DNA from: Veleropilina oligotropha
Lineage: Eukaryota
Direction of reading: 5' to 3'
Assembly (NCBI GenBank): GCA_048128005.1
Contig: JBEUKZ010000062.1
Location: 364,337 to 384,336 of the forward strand
DNA: 20,000 bases
How positions within the stretch are numbered: position 1 is the first letter of the stretch; the number at the start of each line of letters is the position of its first letter. Below the pieces are notes generated by a model. It was not told where the DNA came from. It worked only from the letters and a program-made list of their open reading frames with translations, and made no database searches. This document shows positions 9,830 to 20,000 of the stretch, piece after piece. Made by a program: the position numbers and the translations under genes.

Positions 9830-10445
9830 CAGAATGCAATTGCCAGACATTTGGTATATTCAAAAGTGTGATTTCTCGACTTGTGGGAGCTATCAGGAAA
9901 CGGGTGAGATTAAGAATTAGATTAGGTTGGGGCGGGGAAAGCCTAGGAATAATTCTGACAAGCTGGATCGGTATTTGCGGACCAACGCATTGAGAAGCAA
10001 ATTCATTCTGCTCCAGAACTGAGGGGACAACTTGAGGACTACCAAATGAATCCGACTCTGAATATCAACGATTCGAAACGGATTGAAGAGTGTGGGTCAG
10101 AAATCGAGGCGTTCGTTCAGAGCAATGAGTCTGACTCGGGTACACAGGCGTCTACGAAACCAGTGGGCGCATGGAGTTAGATGTCGTCCACGCCACCATT
10201 GGCGTTACAATATGATTTCCGATGAATCGAAGTTTTGTTTATGTTTCACGGATGGCAGAAAGCGTGTTTGGAGATGGCGTGGAGATCGGTATCGTCCTGT
10301 AGCCGTCCAGATTTTACGACCATTTGTCATCCCATTCGCCCAGCGCGTAGGGTGGTACTTTGAGTTCCAGGATGACATTGCTCGTTGATTGTTGCCCTCG
10401 CCGACATTATCATCCCTTTGAACATCTTTGGGATGTTTTGTGCCG
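9830..10445 (+). pseudogene. Tc1/mariner (Tc1-like) transposase relic
   Basis: Fragments IARHL..KSVISRL (HTH), DRYLRTNALR, STIRNGLKSVGQKSRR, SDESKFCLCFTDGRKRVWR, FQDDIAR and PFEHLWDVL. Frameshifted, with an internal deletion between the first two catalytic Asp blocks. Confidence 0.85.
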
Positions 10446-10670
10446 CAGGGTTCGCAACAGACGTCATCATCCCACCTCATTGCAACATCTTGATCAGGCC
10501 TTGTGGAAAGAATGACGTGATATTCAATCCCGAGGGTGCACACAAATAATCATTGCAAATTATCTCGAACGCTCGACATGTTTCTCTCGATTATTACATG
10601 TGGTTCCGCAACTTGAATTATGCGCTCAATGCAAATGTAGCAGCAGGGGGGGGGGGGAGGGGGTGAATGT

Positions 10671-10847
10671 ACCAGCTATATTTGGGCCAGGAAGGCTCCC
10701 AGCACCTTTTCAGAACCAGCTCTATTTGGGCCAGGAAGGCTCCCAGCACCTTTTCAGAACCAGCTCTATTTGGGCCAGGAAGGCTCCCAGCACCTTTTCA
10801 GAACCAGCTCTATTTGGGCCAGGAAGGCTCCCAGCACCTATTCAGAA
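10671..10847 (+). repeat. 44-bp minisatellite, 4 near-perfect copies
   Basis: Unit ACCAGCTCTATTTGGGCCAGGAAGGCTCCCAGCACCTTTTCAGA, head-to-tail with no spacers. Confidence 0.95.
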
Positions 10848-10958
10848 TAAATGTACAAGCAAGCCTATATATACCGATCCACGAGGCGATCGTCTGCAAA
10901 ACTATATAGAGCCCCCAGGGACGTCCCGCCACCCTCGCCGGCCCGGGCTCTTCTATTA

Positions 10959-10994
10959 GATATACCCACTGCAAAGGATATACCTACTGCAAAG
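10959..10994 (+). repeat. 18-bp direct tandem duplication
   Basis: GATATACCCACTGCAAAG followed by GATATACCTACTGCAAAG. Confidence 0.8.
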
Positions 10995-11402
10995 TATACG
11001 ATGAAGGGTAAACACACATGTCAATGGCTTACTTTGAGCTCAACAGAGCTATGCGGTAAGAGTTGTCTTGACGAAATAACCTGATCTTGACGAGAAATGT
11101 TTACATTGACAAGCTGACCTAGTTTTCTGCTTTTATGCGATAGGGACTGATAACCGTAACGGCGATGGGCTATTGATAAACGCAAGGATATTTACCAATA
11201 GGATATAATTAGCTGTCCACTTCATCGCTTGACAGCTTTGTATTATTATATTCTAACCAAAAAAGGGGTTATGGAAAATATGTTTTTTCACTGAAACAAG
11301 TAAACTGGCCAAGGCAGTGGTATACTTAGGCGTTGACTACCCGAGAGAGGGTGTAGAATCACATTAGTTAAATAAATATATAATTTTCAGTGACCAGTGA
11401 AC

Positions 11403-14400
11403 AATCAAAATCAAATCAAATCAAATCAAGTTTATTTGCCAATTTTGTACAAAATCAATAAATATATACATAACTTAAATAAGATAGTGATAATGTAAGA
11501 TAAAATAAAATATATATATATATCTATCATTCACATTGCGATTTTATTAGGTCAGTTGGTTGGCAAGGAGATCAATCAAGAAACCCAGGCGGGCTTTTTT
11601 GACGATTGACCACCTTATAGAAATAAAATATTATTGTATAACATATATTTTTACTAGAATGTTAAAAAAAACAGAAACAAAATTCAAATAGTGGTATTTT
11701 TGTTGAAGGTGATATCAGGTCCTTTATTTATGACTATGGTTTAGTGATTCGACCAAGAAGTCAAAGACTGGTATTTTAAGATCAATTGTTTTTTATAATT
11801 TTTCTTAAGAGCATATTTAGATGTGGACGATTTCAGCTTGCTATCAAGAGAGTTGAATAGTTTGGGTCCTGAGTATTTAATCGATAACTGGCGAATGTTA
11901 GTGATATGATATTTTGTGCATGCTCTAGTATTATGAGAATGAAGTTGGTCATTTGTGATGAAGTAATTTTTGAATACACTAGGGAGTAAGCCATGTTTGT
12001 GACAGTACATGAAAACTGCTATCTGGAGCCTATGTATATCGTATATAGTAAGTAAATTTGTTTTATAAAATAATGATGATGTGTGTGCTCGCCATTCAGA
12101 GCGCGTTATTACACGGATGGCACGTTTTTGTAACTTGAATAAGGGAAACATTCTACTACATACGTTATTTCCCCAAACAATGTTGCAATATTGCAAGAAT
12201 GGAAGTATCATACTAAAGTATAAGATTTTTAGGGTGCTTAAAGTAATTTCCTTTAATATTCTGTTTATTACGCCTATATTTTTTGCAATTTTTTGACATA
12301 TTTCAGATAAGTGAATTTTCCAGGTTACGTTTTCATCAATAATTACACCTAAGAATTTGGTAAATTTTACTTGATTGACAGGACAACCGTCAATATTTAA
12401 ATAGGAGTCTTGTTTGGGGTATTTCTTATTTTTTTGGCAGAATATCATAAACATAGTTTTTTAATATTTAGGGAGAGTTTGTTTATATTAAACCATATGT
12501 TCAATTTATCAATTTCACTATTCATTACAGCAATCAATTGTTTGAAATTTGTGCTTGAAAATAGTATATTAGTATCATCTGCAAATAGGATGAATTTTAA
12601 TAAAGTTGATGTATTGCACATGTCATTAACATATATAATGAAAAGCGGAGGCCCTAGAATTGAGCCCTATGGTACTCCACATTTAATAGACATTAATTCA
12701 GATTTTCCATCTTCTTGTGAAACAAATTGTATCCTATTTATTAGATAGCTATTGAACCATTCTAATTGATTGCCACGTACGCTATAGTGCTGAAGTTTTT
12801 TTAATAATATTATATGATTTATTGTATCGAATGCCTTTGAGATGTCAATTAGTACATTTATTGTGAATTCATTTTTGTCCATACCGTTCGAAATTTTATC
12901 CACAAGTTCAATAAGTGCCATATAGGTCGAATTATTTGATCGAAAACCGAATTGTTGATCAGATATGATATTTTGTTTGTTCATGTACGTAATTACTCCG
13001 CTATATACAATTTTTTCAAGTATTTTAGAAAAGCATGGTAAAACAGATATCGGTCTATAGTTTGAAAATATAGTATTATCACCTCCCTTGTAGATTGGAG
13101 TAACCTTTGCAATTTTGAGCTTATCTGGGACAACACCTGTAATCATAGATTTATTAAAAATATTTATTAATGGGATAGTAATGAATGGTATGATATGTTT
13201 AACCATTGTCGCATTTATCTCGTCATATCCTGAACTTTTTGTCTTCAAAGTTATGACAATTTTAAATAGCTCATCTTTATCAGTAGGGGTAAAGTAAATT
13301 GAATGAGGATAGTTACCTGTTAGATATGATTCTATGGTGTTGGTTTGTTGAGGAAGTTTCGAAGCAAGATTTTGTCCTACATTTACAAAATAATTATTAT
13401 ATTATGATGTTGGAAGACCAGGATTACTGGTATTTTTATTTAGTATCCATTTTATTATTGACCATGTCTGTTTCATGTAATGTTTAGCAGCTTCAAGCAT
13501 GTCACAGTTGTATTTGGCTTTAGAGATCCTAATTAAGTGAGTTAGTTTGTTTTTATACTTTTTATATTTAATTTCAGTGAAAGGATTAGGATTACTTAAG
13601 TAAGCTTTATAAAGTTTGTTTTTACGTGCTGTAGACTTTATCAGACCGTTTGTCATGAAAGGTTTAGATCTCCTTTTCACTTTAGTGCGACGTTTTGGGA
13701 AATTCTTGTCATATAGTGTCATAATTTTGTCGATGAATATATTATATGCATTGTTTGGATCATTTGAAGAAAATACATCTGCCCATGACAGCTGTTGAAG
13801 ATCACTTTTAAAGTTAATAATATTATCATCGTTTAACGATCGTTTATATACATATTTGTGTAGTTGTTTCTGAATTTTCAGCTCGATCGATAATAAGATG
13901 GGCAGGTGATCACTGATGTCTGATATCAGTATTCCACTTTTCATTTTGTGTTCGAGATCGTTTACAAATATGTTGTCTATTAACGTAGAAGACCTATCTG
14001 TAATTCTTGTCGGCTTTGTAATTAATTGATAGAATGAATTTGAGAACATATTATTTAAGAATGATTCAGTAAGATCATGAGATGTATAATGTAATAATTT
14101 AAGATTGAAATCTCCTGTGATGCAGCATAATTTGCTTTCCTTATTTATTTTAATGGCTATTTTGTTTATATGTTCAAGAAAGCATTGAATGTTTTGGTTA
14201 GGAGGCCGGTAAATCGATACGATAATTATATTTTTGGACTTACATTGTTTAATTTCAATAAAAATCAATTCAATATCGGTAGTCTGTACACATAGATCCT
14301 CTCTTACTACAAACTCCAATGCATTGTCAATATAAAATCCAACACCACCTCCTAATTTGTTTACCCTATTTTTGCATGACATGTTATAGCCTTCTAGGTT

Positions 14401-14955
14401 TAGATATTGCTGGTCATCATCAGATAACCATGTTTCATATGATGTTGGACTTTTCCGAAATTTGATTTCAAACTTCGACAATTTATTTGTACTATATTAA
14501 ATATATTATTACCTTGATATTTATCGTGAATATCGATGAATTCTTGTTCAATTATGTAATTATATTGGGAATTATTGGCATTGTTATTAAAATAATTCTC
14601 ATCAGGGTCAATACCAGCGTCATTCATAACAAATTTGCGATCTGGTAATGTAAAGGGATTGAAATACAGGTCATTAAGAAATTTTGTATTTAAACCCGAG
14701 TTGCCACCTAATGCATTTTCAAGCAATGCAATTTCTAAATCTGTGTCGTCTTCTATCGAATTGAAAGGAAATATTATAGACAAACAATTTTGACAAGACC
14801 AGTCATTTACTTTTGCTCAAGGACCTGAATTGAGTCGTTGACATAGTGATGCATTTGACATGAAACAAATACGAGCAAATGTTACAAAAAATTCGGTTTT
14901 CAGAGTTTTTACAAGTATTGTGGCAGACAAAACAGGGATATCGATTACTGTACAT
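11403..14955 (-). mobile_element. CR1/L2-group LINE (Crack/Daphne-like) with complete but disrupted ORF2
   Basis: (ATTTG)n-type tail at 11403-11428, AATAAA, a 3'UTR stem-loop at ~11560-11615, and ORF2 fragments running from 14955 to 11741. Confidence 0.93.
11741..14955 (-). pseudogene. LINE ORF2 pseudogene: PHD finger + APE endonuclease + reverse transcriptase
   Basis: ATG at 14955 starts MYSNRYPCFVCHNTCKNSENRIFCNICSYLFHVKC...(frameshift)DWSCQNC (PHD). APE motifs NCRSL, ETWL, GGGVG, IYRPP, GDFN, TLIDNIF, SDHLP. RT motifs NYRPIS, QFGFR, ISKAFD, GVP*GS, FADDT, KFLGV. Several frameshifts and stops. Confidence 0.92.
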
Positions 14956-15056
14956 GATAAGATTAAAATAAAAATCCAATTATTGAAAATAGTAGAAGAG
15001 TAAAGGGGGGGGGGGGGGTAAGTTGAAGGTCATGAGAGGAATATATGGATACATCA

Positions 15057-15206
<150 letters not shown>

Positions 15207-15236
15207 AACGCCATAGCTGTCTTATGTCATGTTTTA

Positions 15237-15877
15237 TCATTATACGTGGTCCATAATTCATTATACGTGGTGCTTTTGTCATTATACGTGGTGCATTTGT
15301 CATTATACGTGGTGCATTTGTCATTATACGTGTGCTTTTGCCATTATACGTGGTGCTTTTATCATTATACGTGGTGCATTTGTCATTATACGTGGTGCTT
15401 TTATCATTATACGTGGTGCATTTGTCATTATACGTGGTGCATTTGTCATTATACGTGGTGCTTTTGCCATTATACGTGGTGATTTGGCCATTATACGTGG
15501 TGCATTTGTCATTATACGTGGTGCTTTTGCCATTATACGTGGTGCTTTGACCATTATACGTGGTGCTTTTGTCATTATACGTGGTGCTTTTATCATTATA
15601 CGTGGTGCATCTGTCATTATACGTGGTGCATTTGTCATTATACGTGGTGCTTTTGCCATTATACGTGGTGCTTTTATCATTATACGTGGTGCATTTGTTA
15701 TTATACGTGGTGCTTTTATCATTATACGTGGTGCATTTGTCATTATACGTGGTGCATTTGTCATTATACGTGGTGCTTTTGCCATTATACGTGGTGCTTT
15801 GTCCATTATACGTGGTGCTTTTGTCATTATACGTGGTGCTTTTATCATTATACGTGGTGCTTATGTCATTATACGTG
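15237..15877 (+). repeat. 21-bp subterminal minisatellite, ~31 units (left TIR)
   Basis: Consensus CATTATACGTGGTGCWTTTGT, with a 1-bp deletion near 15330. Confidence 0.97.
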
Positions 15878-16466
15878 TTGCCTTTATGATACTTTCCGTT
15901 ATGATGAAAATCGGGTGAGTTCGTAATTTCTCCGAAAAGATACGAAGTGCCATTCACGTGAACATTCAGTAATGCCTGATCGAATCTGCTTCGAATCAAT
16001 CGTATTAATGCTAGGCTCGTCGATTAATATACAAATTATTTATATCACATGGAACGTGATAATGACGTCGAGAACACCTGCAGACGCATGCCTCTATATT
16101 ATCCTCAGTTTATGTTTATGCTAAACTTTTTGCCAAGATCGATTGGGTCGTCTGCTTTGCATACAAGGGAAGTAACGTTCGCGTTGACCTAATAATGAAA
16201 CTTACCGACCTATAAATTAAATTGTTTAGTGGACATCAGAGTTTGTATAATATATCAAGTTAAATCAAATGATATTTCTAAAATTACAATTCCGGATTTA
16301 ATCAGCAGAATGGTGTAATACAGTCACTATCATTCATTTACGTTCACCCAACATACTGACTTAGTCAATCATGAATGAATGATGATTATCTTACGTTAAG
16401 ATATCTAGATATCAAAGAGCTGGGCAAAATTATTTTCAATAATTATATACAGCTTCGACTGATATG

Positions 16467-17845
16467 TACACCTTTTATTTTATGTCGTGGCCACGACTTA
16501 CTATGTCGTGGCCACGAGTTACTATGTCGTGGCCACGACATAGCTATCTCGTGGCCACGACATAGCTCAGCCAATCAAAACTTTCGTTATATATCAATGG
16601 CAAGCAATCGTAAAGTTGTTCCTATAACCAGGCACCGATTGATACCGTTTAATTACCATTGTATCGTATATTTTAATCTTGTTTAGAAGATAAACGAGTA
16701 TCACGTCTTTCGACAATAATTTACGTTCTACTTGAGTCATTTTTAATATGTCAATATTTGTTAAAGAGTATTACATCAGATGCCATATTAAGCTACAGAG
16801 ATAACAGTTTAATTACTTAACTGTTTAATTAAATAAACTATTGCCCTTTTTTTCTTTGAAAAGAAAACTAACGGAATTACACTTTTTGTTTATAGCCTAA
16901 AAATTTAGGAATTTTCATCACTTAACTTTCGACAGTAATTTGTTAACTTACCGTTTAAATTAATAAATCGCTAATGAAGATTTAAAAATAATTGAAAGTT
17001 GTCCGCTTTCAATTAGCTCTCACCTAGTGATATTTTCAATTGACCTACCAGGAGCAAAATTGCGTAGGTTTCTGCTCGTCAAGTAAGATAGCTTTCTAGA
17101 TAACAATAATATACATTGCCCAGTTACAATAATAATTTCAATAAAAAAACTATAATTTGATCATATATCGATCATATATCTTCGTCAAAGTTGTCTCAAT
17201 CTGTGCGAAACGTGCGTCTGGTTCATTTTATACGATAGAGGCTATTCAGTCATGCTACACATTCACTTAATATACCTATGCAGAGATATCCCAAAAGTCT
17301 CAAGAAAACAGTCTAACGTGATTTATAATATTTAATAAAGTAATGTGAAGTCGCTAAATTTAGATGAAATAATACGGAGTGAGGTCGATGCATATATAAA
17401 TCCAATTTTCATAATTTATGATAATTTCAACGTGCAAGCACTTTGATTATCAAATATTTAGTATAATGCTATTTATAATTTAGCCAAGATTAACGAAAAA
17501 TGCAAAATCTTTTCATACATATATCTTAAATGCATTAACACTTGTAATTGCGTTGAAGGTTGCAAGTCCATTAACATTGTATCCGTAGGGCACATAGATG
17601 TCAATCATTGATAGATAACAACAAATTTGATTGGCTATGCTATGTCGTGGCCACGACTTACTAAGTCGTGGCCACGACATAGTAAGTCGTGGCCACGACA
17701 TAGTAAGTCGTGGCCACGAGATAGCTATGTCGTGGCCACGACTTAGTAAGTCGTGGCCACGACATAGTAAGTCGTGGCCACGACATAGTATGTCGTGGCC
17801 ACGACATAAAATAAAAGGTGTAAATGTCATCTCTATGCCACCGTA
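16467..17845. mobile_element. Nested non-autonomous element (IS3EU-like) with 6-bp TSD GATATG and 21-bp palindromic subterminal repeats
   Basis: GATATG at 16461-16466 and 17846-17851. The right end reads ...ATAAAATAAAAGGTGTAAATGTCATCTCTATGCCACCGTA and the left TACACCTTTTATTTTATG. TCGTGGCCACGA occurs 4 times on the left (16484-16561) and 8 times on the right (17643-17806), followed inward by inverted AGCCAATCAAA. Confidence 0.88.
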
Positions 17846-18686
17846 GATATGATTCATTGCTCTCTTCTATGAAACTTATCAACCATTTCACAGATTTAGA
17901 AGAATTAATAAATAGTTTATTTAATATCCTAGTGCTGGAGAGTTAATATATCCACACAAATGTATTCAGCGGGTGATTGATTAGAGCATCGTACACACGA
18001 TCGAGACTGTTAGGTTGGCATAAACAATAGCATGTACGTGTATTGCCATTTGAAAATATTCAAAATTACACGGCACGTGACGGGATAAATGGTCTGGAGG
18101 TCACCAAAATAACTCTTGACGTTCCGGCAACAGATTTCTATTGAAATTAAAGCTGCAAAGCAGTTGTGCAGGGCTACAATTTAAAGCCTAGGTTAATGGG
18201 CTAAGCAAATCAGTTCCAAGTTATATCTTGTAAATTCAAGGTGACCACCAAACCAGTATATCGTCACACAGCTGAAATGTTTACATGCATCTATTTAACA
18301 CCACATCTACCTACAAATAAAATTGTAACCTTCTATCTATAATATCTTGAAAATCCAAGATTTTGAAGATAGAAAGTTCAAATTTGGTTAATAGGTACAT
18401 ATGGTGTTTAATAGAAGCCTGAAAACATTACAGCTACTTAGCAGTTCTGGTGTGGCGGTCATCTTGCGTCTGCAGGTGTTCGCTCTTACCGTCAACTCGA
18501 CGGGCTGGCAGCGAGCCAGGAGCCGCCGGTGTCGCGTGGTCTCTTCGTAGTGTACATTGATCACGGCTGAAATCTATTAATAGCAGCCTACACATTTGGG
18601 AACCGATGTAAATAAACAACGCACAATAGCGAACAATGTGCATATGTTCTCGTAATATATTATAGGTCGTCGACAGGATAAATACC

Positions 18687-18831
18687 TTATATAGCTTGTT
18701 AGTGATCTAATACGGATTCTACCGGGGTCAGTGAAAATTAAGTCATATTGAACTCTGCCTCCGGCCTCGTCCGATATGAAATTTCCACTGACCCCTGTAA
18801 AATCCGATTAGGTCACTAACAAACTATGTAA
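18687..18831. mobile_element. Long imperfect hairpin (Crypton/Eulor-like element)
   Basis: Arms of ~65 bp (TTATATAGCTTGTTAGTGATCTAATACGGATT... and ...AATCCGATTAGGTCACTAACAAACTATGTAA) around CTCTGCCTCCGGCCTCG (reverse complement CGAGGCCGGAGGCAGAG). Confidence 0.6.
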
Positions 18832-19210
18832 GTTATATTATTTTATAAAAAGGTGGTCCATTGAATCAATCCTTATGAGCAAAACTTAGTTGTGTACACA
18901 TATTATTTAAACAATCATTATTTCTAGTTATTTTGCGTTATCACAACAGACAGCATATCTAGCCAATTATCTCCCTTCGATTTCCATTTCGCCCATTTTA
19001 CAATTTAAACGTCACCAACAGGCATTTCCTACGTTCCATGTGATATAAATACTTTGTATATTAATCGACGAGCCTAGCATTAATACGATTGATTCGAAGC
19101 AGATTCGATCAGGGATTACTGAATGTTCACGTGAATGGCACTTCGTATATTTTCGGAGAAATTACGAACTCACCCGATTTTCATCATAGCTCAAAGTATC
19201 ATAAAGGCAA

Positions 19211-19816
19211 CACGTATAATGACATAAGCACCACGTATAATGATAAAAGCACCACGTATAATGACAAATGCACCACGTATAATGATAAAAGCACCACGTA
19301 TAATGACAAAAGCACCACGTATAATGGCCAAAGCACCACGTATAATGGCAAAAGCACCACGTATAATGACAAATGCACCACGTATAATGATAAAAGCACC
19401 ACGTTTAATGACAAAAGCACCACGTATAATGGCCAAAGCACCACGTATAATGGCAAAAGCACCACGTATAATGACAAATGCACCACGTATAATGACAAAT
19501 GCACCACGTATAATGACAAAAGCACCACGTATAATGGCCAAAGCACCACGTATAATGGCAAAAGCACCACGTATAATGACAAATGCACCACGTATAATGA
19601 CAAATGCACCACGTATAATGATAAAAGCACCACGTATAATGACAAATGCACCACGTATAATGATAAAAGCACCACGTATAATGGCAAAAGCACCACGTAT
19701 AATGACAAATGCACCACGTATAATGACAGATGCACCACGTATAATGACAAATGCACCACGTATAATGACAAAAGCACCACGTATAATGAATTATGGACTA
19801 CGTATAATGATAAAAC
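19211..19816 (-). repeat. 21-bp subterminal minisatellite, ~29 units (right TIR)
   Basis: CACCACGTATAATGACAAAAG-type units, the reverse complement of the left array. Confidence 0.97.
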
Positions 19817-19840
19817 ATGACATAAGACAGCTATGGCGTT

Positions 19841-20000
<160 letters not shown>

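Noticed and set aside
10671..10847. 44-bp repeat as a CRISPR array or coding repeat (ORFs 10600-10959, 10667-10909)
   Set aside because: No spacers, and a unit length not divisible by 3, so the peptides cycle through frames.
15237..17806. CRISPR-like appearance of the 21-bp arrays (constant or palindromic core plus short variable part)
   Set aside because: Variable parts are only a few bases drawn from a handful of recurring variants, not unique spacers. The context is eukaryotic and no cas genes are present.
16375..17891. ORFs with CRGHDLL/SWPR repeats
   Set aside because: They are translations of the palindromic 21-bp subterminal repeats of the nested element.

Overview
AT-rich animal genomic DNA; the repeat content suggests a marine invertebrate deuterostome, which is an inference. 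Four phase-compatible + strand exons (359-514, 741-848, 3139-3259, 6364-6440) encode the membrane-proximal ectodomain of an R3-type receptor tyrosine phosphatase-like protein (PTPRB/PTPRJ/Ptp10D-like, '...IG..C.....YCNGPLEAGTDY'). No convincing transmembrane or phosphatase exon follows within the window. The rest is mostly transposon-derived. There are two CR1/L2-group LINEs with (ATTTG)n tails: one 5'-truncated with an intact RT frame, the other a full but frameshifted PHD-APE-RT ORF2. There are also several MITEs, two Crypton/Eulor-like hairpin elements, a decayed Harbinger-type Myb/SANT gene and a Tc1 transposase relic. The most striking structure is a 4.6-kb fold-back element (15202-19845) with ~0.8-kb TIRs built largely of 21-bp minisatellite units and flanked by (TA)n on both sides. 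It contains a second element of the same design but unrelated sequence (16467-17845; TAC...CCGTA ends, 6-bp GATATG TSD, 21-bp palindromic repeats), consistent with nested non-autonomous IS3EU-like transposons.
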